This document shows positions 13,269 to 24,810 of a stretch of 64,000 nucleotides of DNA, piece after piece (the stretch's first letter is position 1; every line of letters starts with the position of its first letter). The notes under the pieces were generated by a model, which saw only the letters and a list, made by a program, of their open reading frames with translations, was not told the origin of the DNA and made no database searches. Position numbers and translations under genes: made by a program. The DNA is from Phoronis australis (taxonomy: Eukaryota; Animalia; Phoronida): positions 92,035 through 156,034 of the forward strand of contig NMRA01000772.1 of NCBI GenBank assembly GCA_002633005.1. Direction: 5' to 3'.

Positions 13269-14899
13269 CCTAACACTGACTAGTGACTAACGTCGCGCTT
13301 GTGTTTTTCCGACACAGACTTGTGAAATACGTCACAGGAAACGAATAGTTAAAAACTCGCAGTTCTATTACGAACAATAAATGACAAAATAATTATATTC
13401 TCATGAAATTAAACATTATTAATTGACCACTCATCCACATTTTTGCATTTAAAGTTCAAAAGTTGTGTTAAATTGAAACGAGTACTGATCTATTATGGAA
13501 AACGTCATCAAAATCTGTTGCCGTACACACTTCCGGTAAAATGTGGAGAAGGCATTGCAGCTCCGCAGTTGCTGGTGCAAGTTTTGAGCTTTCCGTGTGA
13601 TATACGGTTCTGTTTGAGGTTGATTTGATGAAGAGCACGAGTCTGTTGATCTTTTCTCTGAAGAGCTGTTTACAATTCGACTCCAAAATTGTAGCTGACT
13701 CTACCGTAAGTCACAGTGCATTCATTTTCGACACTGACCTAGTTTCTTTCAACCCATTGTTTTTGTTTCATATATATACTATATAGTCCGGATACCTATC
13801 GTCGTCAGGCTCCAAAGGTCGTCGCCATCTTCTTTCGCGTGCAGCGCAGCCACGCGGGACTTAGCGTTCCAATTTGGAGTGCTCGTCTGCACCTTTGGTA
13901 CTAACCTCTCGGTAGAAACACGCATGGAAGAACTGAGACTAAAATTAATGAATTCACCCACTGTTTATTGAGACCACTTAAAAACTTGTAGATTTTACTA
14001 ATGCACTTTTTTTGTTCATTTTCAGAAGATATTTTCGAAATTAAATTTTCTTCAGACGGAACAAAAAACAACTTGGGGATTGTTTATGCAATGTATCTAT
14101 TTGTCCCAGGCACTAAGCGACACCTGTTAGGCCAAAGGAAAAACGCAGCAGACAAATGGAACACGCTAGGTGCTTAACAGTTTCGGCCCACGCCTTGGTC
14201 ATCAAAATATTGTCCGCTTGTTTTTTATTGTAAAACAAAGTGCTGAGCTCAAAATTTATGTTGAAATTTTTGGTTAAAGCATTTTGAATTTACTTGAAGA
14301 AAATTAAAATACTTAGAGAATGGCCACCAATAAAGTAAAACATTGACTTTATTTCACTATATTGCATTGTTACATACCGCACAGCATGACATAATCAAAA
14401 ATAAAAGAAGAAATTGAGCAATAAAATGCAAATGCAACTTGGGTATTTATTTATTTATTTATGATTGCAGAAACCTGTTAAAGGTGAGAAAAAAATCAAA
14501 CAATACGATATTGGATAATTTATTAGAACAATTGTATCGAGGTTCAATGATCAACTTCCGCCGACCAAGTCTCAAAGGGTTACAGTTCTGTTTTGGCTGA
14601 CAAGATGTTAACAGAGAATGAAGAAAAACTGAAAAGAAAACGAAGGACAGCAGAGATAAGTGGTGTTAAGTACAACAAGAGCAAAAAGTCAAATAAAGAG
14701 GACACAAATAGAAAATAAGTAAGGTCTATCTGGAAGAAAACCGTTTGCGATTTATTTTCCAGAACTGAAATTCTAAATCAATTTTAATCGATTTAAAAAT
14801 CGATATATCATACTAGTAAAACTGTTTGTGGTTGAAATAGAATTCTTCTAAACCACTTTCCACTATTTTCTTGGCCTTTTTCTGTGGTTTTTTGTTCTT

Positions 14900-15079
14900 T
14901 CAATTGGCGGCAGCATATGACGACCATAGGAGTTGTTGTAAAATGGCTGCGGAAAAGCAATGCACAGTTCAAACAACTCGGCATAAATAAAAGAAAACTT
15001 TTGAATCAACTAATACTATGGATTTGTGAGAATTAAATCAAGTTCTATGCAGATCATAACTTTGAAGTGGAATAATTGG
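14900..15079 (+). promoter_or_regulatory. Putative non-coding first exon / promoter of CDK9
   Basis: The CDK9 ATG exon has its own acceptor, so an upstream exon is expected. There is a YY1-like AAAATGGCTGC at 14940-14950 and a consensus donor GG|GTGAGT at 15079/15080. The start coordinate is approximate. Confidence 0.45.
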
Positions 15080-15279
15080 GTGAGTACGACAACAAGCCGG
15101 TTTTGTGCTTAGGCGGACGACCATTGGGTTCCCGAGTATATATAGTATTTCGACAAGAACTTTTTATGTTGTATTAAACATAATTTCCTTGTAATTTGAG
15201 TGGTGTTACCTCAGAGAAAATTGATAGGGAAAAATGATATAACAACTGATAAAAGACCATTTGGCCCACGAAAGTGTAA

Positions 15280-17064
15280 TGTTGTATTCCTACAGGTTCA
15301 CTAGCTAGGCCTCTAGAAGCACTCACCAGATAAAAGACAGCTATTCAAACTTCAGTAAAACCCAATCCAGGTACCCATCCCTGACATCCTGATTGCTTGC
15401 TGAAAGACTGCCAGCAGGGTTCCCGCCAGCAGTTTAAATAAAACAAGCATGCGGGGAACCATAAAACTGACAAATCACAAGACACCATAGAAAGATAAAG
15501 GACGAATGATGTTGACGATTACAACATTCCCCTCCTCCCTAAAAAAGTGTGGGGCCCACCTGGGAATCAACATCATTTGCCAGATACGAAAAACTTCCCA
15601 AAAATTTAACCATATCCCCCCTTACCGAAAATAAAGCCTCTACTAAATAGACCAAGAGTGCTAGAATGACAAGGACAGTTCCCCTAGAAGCAGAGAACAA
15701 CACACACATGTTAAATATAGAAGTACCAAAAATAATAAAAAGAGTTCAGAATGCCAGCACATCCCAAACACACGAAGTAACTCATAAAGAGAAAACCTAG
15801 CAGGATCCCAACCCACCCCCCAGGGCGGGAGAGCAGTCACCTAACGGAAAAAGTTCTTGCTAGGGAAACTCCCCGGACTTGTAGCTGCAAAAGGGTATAG
15901 GACACGTGCATTTCTAGTGGAGTTCTCAAAATAAACCCTGCACTACCATGATACACGCATGCCACCCTTAATTGCTACTAGAATATTACATTTTGTTGTG
16001 CTTCGGGTGGAGGCCGGGCAGACCTATTCCAACCCGAAGGGAACGCCTTGGACACAGACCTAAAATGGATGGGTTCACATAGAAATGTGACTGACCCTCC
16101 ACTAAACATAGGCCTCCTGGCAACTGGGACAGACATGGAAGTACCACACCCAGGTTAACCACGCACTAGGACTACGATAATAAATAGGGGAATTAGTTGT
16201 AGGGAGAAAGTATTAGGTCAATGAAATGGTGTCCAATGACAAAACCAAAACACTGCCTAGGCCTAAACTCACCAACTACACGGACATAATAAATAAATAA
16301 ATAAATATCAGGGATGTGATAATAAATAAGGGACTTAGTTGTAGGGAGAAAGTATTAGGTCAATGGAATGGTGTTCAATTCAATGACACAACCAAAACAC
16401 TGTCTAAGCCTAAACTTACCAACTACAAGGACGTAATAAATAAATAAATAAATAAATACCAGGGATATGATAATAAATAAGGGACTTAGTTGTAGTGAAA
16501 AAGTATTAGGTCAATGGAATGGTGTTCAATTCAATGACATAACCAAAACAATGCCTAAGACTAAACTCACCAACTACAAGGACTCAATAAATAAATAAAT
16601 ACCCCAAACCCAAAGGATAAAAACCCAGTTAAACCACCAACAACCCCAACAGACCAAGAGACCACTTGGCCACCGTACCAGCAACCCGCTAGCACGATAC
16701 CACTCCCCTATCCAACCTTCCCCCGGACCTACGAAAAATGCCCTGGTCAGGCAAAGGTTTTCAAGAAAAGTGGTTGAATACTCCTAGAAAAACCTAACCA
16801 GTGCCGACTTCGCCAATTGTTGTATTACTGCAGGTTCACTAGTTAGGCCTCTAGAAGTACTCACCAGTTAAAACACAGCTATTCAAACTTCAGTAAAACC
16901 CAATCCAGGTGCCCATCCCTGACATCCTGATTGCTTGCTGAAAGACTGCCAGCAGGGTTCCCGTCAGCAGTTTAAATAAAACAAGCATGCGGGGAACCAT
17001 AAAACTGACAAATCACAAGACACCACAGAAAGATAAAGGACGAATAATGTTGACGATTACAACA
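15280..17064 (-). mobile_element. Non-autonomous LTR retroelement (TRIM/LARD-like), 1.79 kb
   Basis: 247-bp LTRs (15280-15526, 16818-17064) with TGTTGTA...TACAACA ends and about 10 differences by eye. On the minus strand, PBS TGGCGAAGTCGGCA follows the right LTR and polypurine tract AGGGAGGAGGGGGAA precedes the left LTR. No internal ORF. Confidence 0.9.
16176..16600. repeat. Three tandem units of about 140 bp inside the LTR element
   Basis: Repeated TTAGTTGTAG..GAAAGTATTAGGTCAATG...ACCAACTACA with (TAAA)n tails. Confidence 0.88.
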
Positions 17065-17789
17065 AAAGTATTGCTTAGGTTCAAAGTTTAGGTCTTACAC
17101 AAGTTGCACTGCAGTGTGCTACCAAACTGTATAGATGATATCCAAATGGACCAGCTGCAGCAAAAGTCCAAAGCTAGCATGTCGAATTTCTTTTGATATG
17201 GGAAATATGGTAAATTATTCATCAGAAAAATCAAAGGACAGCACAAAACAAGGTCAAGAATGAATGATGTTGATAATTACTACACCACAGTTGACACTCA
17301 GTCATTCAGATATCCTGACAACTAGCAGTTTAATTACATCTAATTTGGTTACTAAGTGTCATTCATTTCTGCTTCAAGTCCATCAATTTTCAATAGTGGA
17401 AACTTATCAATCACCAGTCTCCATTTCTGGAAAAAATCCACCCACTGTCAGGATTTGAAAATGGTATCTTCTGTGTGTAAATCAGGCATCCAAATCGAGT
17501 GGCGATAAGACAATTGCCCATTTGCAAGTAATTTAGAGAGGCTTTACATAGCACAAAAGAACTTGAAGTCATGTGGTACAACACTCTTTTCCCTTCTGTT
17601 GTGGAACAGCCATGCCTGCTGGTAATAGCAACACTCTCCAGGTCCTTAAATGTGCACTCAGGAACTCAGCAACACTTTCCTTGTGTTCTGGGTCCACCAC
17701 CAGCAGGTAGGCACCCTCTCTATTTATCATTTGGAAGCCTTACGTACATCTTAGGGTTTAGTGGGTCTCGCCTTAATTGGGTTCCAGTG

Positions 17790-17870
17790 TAGAGAAAATC
17801 CACACACTGCCGCGACTTGAACCCGGAATCTTCAGCATCTAAGTCAAGCATTCAAACTGATTGACAAAAA
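17790..17870 (-). mobile_element. tRNA-derived SINE head (degenerate)
   Basis: Minus-strand B-box-like GGGTTCAAGTC with tRNA-like spacing. A similar B box (GGTTCGATCC) lies near 23686-23695. Confidence 0.4.
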
Positions 17871-18555
17871 GGCAATTGGCCATTGGCAAATGATTTAGAA
17901 ACGCCTGAAATACTAGTACTGTTGCACGGCATAACTGAAAGTTACACGTTACGATACAAGGCTACTTCAGCTCCCGAGTGGGTAGGTTCTTTTTCGCACA
18001 TATGAAAATTGCCCTACGATTTTGGATCCTAAAATCTCTCTGCGTTCTGTTGGTCCTCTGGCATAGTTGTAATGAAAATCCCACAGAGCTTGAACACTCT
18101 GGCACTCTTCAAAGAGTCGCTTGGTGTTAAATGGTACTATTGTGATTATGTTGTCACCCTGTTATTACTGTTTTAACAACTTTGGATAGCCACACATATT
18201 AGCCCTCTCAATATGATTGCGCACAGTCCATCTATCCTCAGGATCAGCTATGATACTGTCACAGTAGACATACTAAGTACAAACAACCACTACCGTAACT
18301 TTTTATGCAGTGGGTAGTGAGATGTGAAAGCCAGATACTGATCTGTGGGATTTCTTACGGTGTATGGATAGGTTTACATACTATGTTCATGCCTCTAGTT
18401 TACAGTTATTTGCGATGCACATGGTTGGTGGCTATCAATGTGTTGTATTGCTTTTGTTTACTGTTTATTAATGGTACAAAATTAGTTACACCATAACACG
18501 GCATTATTGGAAATCCGTGATATTGAATTTTGATTCATTTATTTCTAGGTCCTCA

Positions 18556-18662
18556 ATGGCTAGTTCAACAGGACTAAGTAAGGTTGAAAACTTCGATTTT
18601 CCCTACTGTCCTGATGTGCAGAAGTATGAAAAATTGGCTAAAGTTGGGCAAGGAACATTTGG
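18556..18662 (+). CDS. CDK9: CDK9 coding exon 1
   Basis: MASSTGLSKVENFDFPYCPDVQKYEKLAKVGQGTFG; acceptor ttctag at 18548 lies upstream of the ATG; donor gtaag. Confidence 0.9.
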
Positions 18663-21600
18663 GTAAGAATTTGCTACTTTGTAAAGCCAACAGCTACTGT
18701 GTTCCTTTGAGCACTGCCTTGGCTTTATAAGTGATCTCGGCTAAGATCCAAGATGGGAGGGGTGCATTGGGGGAACAGATAGGTAGATAGAAAAAGAAAA
18801 TTAAAGTGAACTGAAGAGAAGAACTGTTGACTTTAATTACCTTGGAAATTTTGAGGTGTTTGTCCCATTCTGGCTTTGCTTAACTTGATATCAGGGCTCA
18901 ATTTGATGAAACTATTTCAGTGATTAACTTATACCGAAATAACAATTCTGTCATTTCAACTGGTGTAATGTTGCGCTTGTTGAACAATGCTGTTGATGTC
19001 ATGCCAATAACCAAACTTGAGACTTAAACTTTCGTGAAACGGAGCCCAGGTCCCAGGTTCATTGGAACTTTCACTGTAAGACTTTGGAGCCAATCCTGTT
19101 TACTACAAACTTAAGGGTCTTATGAGCAGTGATTCCAATGGATTTCTCTAAAAATAGTTTCATTCCAGTATGCTTTGTCCATAAATAAACAAAATCCATT
19201 GAATGTCAGTAACTTTTTTGTCTTGTACTTTTAATTCCAGTGAAGTTTTCAAAGCCAGGTGTAAAGAGTCTAAAAGGCTTGTGGCGCTTAAGAAAGTGCT
19301 GATGGAAAATGAAAAAGAAGGAGTGAGTATTGGAGAGAAGCAGCAAACAGGCTGTTAATAAATCCACCTTTCATCAGAAGCCAGTGTTTTGACTTAGACA
19401 AATTACTATGATGAAATCAGTCTCAAATTGTTACTGGACTCTTGATGAAACTGAAAATGTTAATATAAAAGCATGACCTAATTATTAACATTCCGTGTAA
19501 TTTACACATTTTGGATGTACCAAGACATAGGCGTTCCCACCACCCCCCGGACCAAAAATGTGCCAGCATGCTGTTCTTAGAGCTACTTCAAACGTTTGTC
19601 CTTTTGGAAATGATGGGTGGCCCACTCGCACTGTAACCTGTTAACACCTTTGGTGGCTGGGTCTGTTGTAATTGTTCAATGTATGTCTTTCTAACAGGTG
19701 TAGCAAAAACTTGAAAAGACCAGCTTAAAATTCTCAAGATACTATTAATAGTAATGATTAATAATTTTCCTTTATATCTGTTATGCCACTGAATAACTTA
19801 TAATTTCCATTTTTATATTCCTCATAGCTAGGTTCCAAACAATGTCAGCTTTGTCAAACTAGTTTGTAGTGTCTGGCATTCTGTTTAGATTGGCAAACTT
19901 TTGTTTGCAAACAAAATGCGTAACTACCCTGATTGAGAGAGGATCAGCAACTGTACGAAATGTGACAAGAGCTTTATGAATATACTTGTGTGAAAATCTC
20001 ACTATAAAATTTCATAAGGTTGGTTGAGTACAAATTGATTTTTTTCTATTTTTCATAACCAGAAAATAATAATACCTTGATAGTTTTCAACTACACTCAG
20101 CAGCCATCTTCGGAAGCTATTGGACACTAGGTGGCATGGTTATGAGACTGTTCCTAATTTTAGATTGCTCATACCCCCCATTGACGTCTAGATGAATAAG
20201 AGAGTGTATTTGGGTCAGAAAAAGTGGTTCAGTTATGAACAGGTACGATGGGGGTATAAGTTATCTAAAATTTGGAACAGTCTCATCAGCACGCCACCTA
20301 GTGTCCAATAGCTTCCGAAGATGGCTGCTGAGAGTAGCCGAAACTGTCAAAGTAAACACTTTTCTGGTTGTGAAAAATAGAAAAACTCAATTTGCGTGAC
20401 AATGGTCGAATGATTATTCCAAATATCTAATGATTTTCACGTAGTGTAATTTTGCATTCCATCTTAGTCTTCATTGCTGTTGCAAATGCGAGTGTTTTTT
20501 TCAGTTTCCCATAACAGCATTAAGGGAGATCAAAATCCTTCAAACACTGAGGCACGAGAATGTCGTCTCTCTCCTGGAAATATGTCGCACTAAAGGTAAA
20601 CACCTGCAGTAATAGGCCATTCTCAAAATTTCTCAATTGTTGACATTCCAATATCAAAATGAGGGTTGAGCAGAATATCACTCTCAAGTCAAGTTTACTG
20701 CAACCCTTAACCACGAACAGTCCAAGGAATTTGTTGGTATGTTAATTTATCACTGTTCCCGAATAAACTCCTAGATTTAAATTTGCGATTTATTCATGCC
20801 AGTTTATGTAATGAAAATTTTTTTTGACCAGCGACTTTGATAACTTTTTAATGAGCATGACCCAAAAGAACCATTTCACATCTCTTAGTTGTAAAGCATG
20901 GACATTTCCCCACAATAAGGCAAGATGCCACTGAAACTAAGAGGTAAAATTCTCGGGAAATTTGCTTTCACGACACCATCACTTCTGAAGAAGGCTAACA
21001 GTATTTATTGGGGCTAGGCGTTAATCTGAATGTGGGTACTTAAAAGTGAAAATTTGAAAATTTTGAAGTTGGGCATTAAGGTATTTGGGGCATGAACCAG
21101 GACAAGTACAGTTGTTAAGTTTTGGTCCAAGGTTACTCAGTTGTGACTCTTTTTTTGTTTAACTGAGCTCAATATCTTGGCCTGATTGTACTTTGGACTT
21201 TCTCAATAGTTGTCTTTTTTCTTATGTTGATCTAGCCCACTTTACCCTGTGAGTTGGTAAATATTGGATTGTGTTCTGGTGCCACTGGAATTTAGTCCAG
21301 CCTGCTAATGTTTTGACTGGTATTGATGATCGAGATACCACTCATACCAGGGTGCATTCTTCATCAGGAATGACTTAGTGCCCTTTACAGTATTTGCTAT
21401 ACTAAGACTGTAAGTCTAATCGCTGTTGTCTTTTGATTGTTAATGAGCTGAAAAAGATTAATGTTCTTATTTTCAAGTATGCATGTTAGAGACATGTCAC
21501 CATTGTTATTTTATTGATCAGAAATCACTCTTGTTTGCAGCCACGCAGTATAACCGATACAAGAGCACATTCTACCTGTGCTTTGAGTTCTGTGAACACG

Positions 21601-24600
21601 ACCTTGCAGGATTGCTGAGTAATGCCAATGTGAAGTTTTCAATGGGTGAAATCAAAAAGGTAAACACAAGGCTAAGAATCAATGTATCACCGCCCTCTAA
21701 TTGTCATAGTCGCGCTTTGTACACTCCTCTGTGTGGACTCTTGGGGCCCCTTGTATTTCAAGTGGGGGTAGAAATAACAGTTTTGGGCAATAGTTGGATA
21801 TAACGTGCGGTATTTTAAGAACCAGTTTGATGCCGGTTACTCAGTGGAGAAAACTGGTTCTCAAAATTCAGGCACATTATATCCGACCATTATCCTGTTT
21901 TGCGCTGTAATGTGAGAAGTTTTCATCACAAAAAGTCAAACACTATGTCATTTTTAGAACTTGTTATCTGTCAGTGATTTGTCCACATAATCACACTACT
22001 AATTTGTCATCTGCAGGTGATGCAACAACTGCTAAATGGCCTCTATTACATTCACAATAGTAAAATCCTCCACCGAGATATGAAGGCAGCCAATATTTTA
22101 CTAACCAAGAGAGGCAAGTTAAAACTGGCTGATTTTGGCCTGGCACGTGCGTTCAGCTTTGTACCAGCTGGGCAGCAGAACAAGTACACTAACCGCGTGG
22201 TGACACTCTGGTATCGTCCCCCAGAGCTGTTGCTAGGTGACCGTGACTATGGTCCACCCATTGACATGTGGGGAGCAGGTTGTATCATGGCGGAGATGTG
22301 GACCCGATCACCCATAATGCAAGGCAATACAGAACAGCATCAACTACAACTGATCAGCCAGCTGTGTGGATCAATTACACCAGAGGTAATTTATTTCCTA
22401 CCCACTTTGTCTACGAACATCATTTTATCTGCCCACATATACCTACGTGTGGGTGAATATTTCCTTCATCACCATCTGGGCTTCCAGCGTTCCCTGATGT
22501 ATCTCCTAAACTTATTTCTTTTTTACTATTTGGAGGATTTTTGTCAAATGTAGGAAGTGCTTTCCTGTGGACAGCGGACGACTATAAATTTTGGACAGAA
22601 CTGACTGCTGCTGTGTTCCATAGTGGCAATTTTAGTTTTTATATTATTTTGCTTTTGTATCTTTGGAGTTCCATAACAGGTTTTCTTGATAAAGGTGCCG
22701 AATTTGTGTTTTCCTCGTAGTGGTGCCAAGAACATTGAGCAAACTCGCTTGTCTGAAATGATCGGAATAATGCACCAAACCCTTTCTAAGAAATTGAAAC
22801 TCCGATGCTTGGTAAAGGTTGTCTTTGTCTCGAGAAAATGTGCTCTGTATTGAGACTGTACATGCATGCTTTTGGGACCGTCCGACTTTTCCTTCCATAT
22901 TCTCGGCCTGACTAACCAAATCATTTGCTTCACATTTTCTCCAGATTCAGAAACGTCTTTTTTGTAATTTTGGCAATACTCTGATATAGCGTGCCCGTAT
23001 TTTGAGAACCAGTTCGATGCCCGTTATTCAGTGGCGAAAACTGGTTCTCAAAATTCGGGCACGTTATATCAGACCATTACCGTAATTTTAGTAAATATGT
23101 CAGTTATTTATTGTTTTGCCTCGTTTGGACATTCTCATAGCCCGGTGAGCCGTAAAATGTGCTTTATTCAAAGTGCACATCGTGCTTTTCAACCTTAAAT
23201 TCTCTGTGTTTGTCTGTGACCGCAGTTACTGTTACAGCATATCAAGAGTATATAGTTGACTTTGAGATGATAGTGACTATGATTGGCTCTAGTGATGTTT
23301 TACATGTGGCATTATGTGTCAAGAAACTGGCTGTGTGGTTAAACTACTCAGACACTTGGAATGCATGGAATTGGATGAGGCTGGTTTGAAAATGATGGAG
23401 ATATAGCCCTATCGGGAATGCAACAGTGCCCAGATACAACGTAGTCTGGTTTTGTAAGCTGTGACTGACTATTAAGTCATACATTTCTCTAATATCTATT
23501 CATACTGTACAAAATCTTTGTAGTAAACAGTATATAGATAGTATCTATCAGTAAAGTATTGCCAAAACTAGTCTCTCTTCTAAGTGTCCATTTCAACTCT
23601 TAATTTTATCAAGTGTTCATGTGTAACATTTTCCTTAAAACCACATCAGCGAGAAAAATCTTTTTGCCGAGGTCAATCCTAGCATGGATCGAACCTGAAA
23701 CTATGAGGCCACAGGCAAACTCTGTGCTAGTTGACCAAAATCCCATTCAGTCCATGGCGTTCATTTTAAGGGTATTAAACTGGTAGAGTCACTGACCTGT
23801 ATTTCAGTGAATGTCTTGCAGACAACATCAAAAATTGGCAATTTATTATAAAACCACAAAACACCACAGATTTCATTATAATATAGCTCTGGTCAAAACT
23901 AACAACCTCAAAAAGTCTACCTAATCCAACGAGGAACCTGAAATCGCATGTTTCAGTCCTAAAAATGATATTAATGTCACTTTAGGAATATTTTTAGAAT
24001 TAATAAAGTTGAAACACAATTTACATTATATAATTGTATTGTATGTTGCTGGTCGAAGATTGCATAATAGTCTGATATAACGTGTATTCATTTTAATAAT
24101 CAGTTGATGCCCATTATTCAGTGGAGAACACTGGTTCTCAAAATGCGGGCCGCACGTTATATCAAGCCATTAGCGAAGATTTGATATATACCTGGTGTCC
24201 TATCTTCATCGTTTCGTTTTCCAGACATTTTCTATTTCCTACTTCTCACAATTAAAATGAAATGTGACTCTGATATTAGCTCTTCTGCAATTTTTGACCC
24301 AAAAATAGGATTCACAGGAGAGAGATTCACTCCGACTACTGCATTTTTGGCATAGAGTAATCTGGTCCAAGTTTGTTTGTCCTAAGTCTGCAACATGCCT
24401 GGTTCCATGTAGGTGTTGAATATATTATGTCAATCAATCCAATGTAGGTGTGGCCTGGTGTGGAAAGGCTGGAGCTCTTCAAAAAGCTAGAGCTTCCTCA
24501 GGGACAGAAGAGGAAGGTCAAAGAGCGACTAAAGGGCTATGTAAAAGATGGACAATCTCTTGACTTGTTGGATAAGTTGTTGACGCTGGATCCAGTGAAA

Positions 24601-24810
24601 CGTGTCGATGCAGACACTGCGTTGAATCACGACTTCTTCTGGACGGATCCGTTGCCATGTGACCTCGAAAAGATGCTGTCACAGCACACGTCACACATGT
24701 ACGAGTACCTAGCGCCACCTAGGAGACGGGGTCCTGTGCACCATCATCCTCCGCAGCAACAGCGACCACAGAATGCAAACCCTGATCAACACTTCGAACG
24801 TGTGTTCTAA
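18556..24810 (+). CDS. CDK9: Cyclin-dependent kinase 9 (P-TEFb kinase), 376 aa; join of 18556-18662, 19241-19322, 20505-20595, 21541-21659, 22017-22385, 24448-24810
   Basis: GQGTFG glycine loop, VALKK, diagnostic PITALRE, HRDMKAANIL, DFGLAR, T-loop KYTNRVVTLWYRPPELLLG and C-terminal FERVF. All introns are GT-AG; 1131 nt in frame. Confidence 0.97.
19241..19322 (+). CDS. CDK9: CDK9 coding exon 2
   Basis: EVFKARCKESKRLVALKKVLMENEKEG; ttccag / gtgagt. Confidence 0.95.
20031..20394. mobile_element. Foldback/MITE with about 150-bp inverted arms in CDK9 intron 2
   Basis: Left arm ...CAGCAGCCATCTTCGGAAGCTATTGGACACTAGGTGGC... is the reverse complement of right arm ...GCCACCTAGTGTCCAATAGCTTCCGAAGATGGCTGCTG... 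Confidence 0.88.
20505..20595 (+). CDS. CDK9: CDK9 coding exon 3
   Basis: FPITALREIKILQTLRHENVVSLLEICRTK; tttcag / gtaaac. Confidence 0.95.
21541..21659 (+). CDS. CDK9: CDK9 coding exon 4
   Basis: ATQYNRYKSTFYLCFEFCEHDLAGLLSNANVKFSMGEIKK; ttgcag / gtaaac. Confidence 0.95.
21789..21892. repeat. About 105-bp palindromic mini-element, copy 1 (CDK9 intron 4)
   Basis: GATATAACGTGC..TATTTTAAGAACCAGTT-loop-AACTGGTTCTCAAAATT..GCACATTATATC. Confidence 0.8.
22017..22385 (+). CDS. CDK9: CDK9 coding exon 5
   Basis: VMQQLLNGLYYIH...HRDMK...DFG...QLCGSITPE; 369 nt, phase 0-0. Confidence 0.96.
22975..23079. repeat. About 105-bp palindromic mini-element, copy 2 (CDK9 intron 5)
   Basis: CTGATATAGCGTGCCCGTATTTTGAGAACCAGTT-loop-AACTGGTTCTCAAAATTCGGGCACGTTATATCAG. 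Confidence 0.82.
24065..24172. repeat. About 105-bp palindromic mini-element, copy 3 (CDK9 intron 5)
   Basis: Same arms and the same GATGCCC.TTATTCAGTGGAGAA loop. Confidence 0.78.
24448..24810 (+). CDS. CDK9: CDK9 coding exon 6 (terminal)
   Basis: VWPGVERLELFKKLELPQGQKRKVKERL...FERVF*; AATAAA at 25775-25780. Confidence 0.96.
   Translation: MWPGVERLELFKKLELPQGQKRKVKERLKGYVKDGQSLDLLDKLLTLDPVKRVDADTALNHDFFWTDPLPCDLEKMLSQHTSHMYEYLAPPRRRGPVHHHPPQQQRPQNANPDQHFERVF

Noticed and set aside
14170-14210. Hammerhead-like TGATGA...CGAAAC on the minus strand
   Set aside because: The core reads TTGATGA rather than CTGANGA and the stems do not close
19405-19456. C/D-box-like ATGATGA...CTGA in a CDK9 intron
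   Set aside because: Only about 50 nt, with no terminal stem and no recognisable guide
21483-22553. ORF-track extensions of CDK9 exons 4 and 5 beyond the splice sites
   Set aside because: Intronic read-through; homology stops exactly at the GT/AG boundaries
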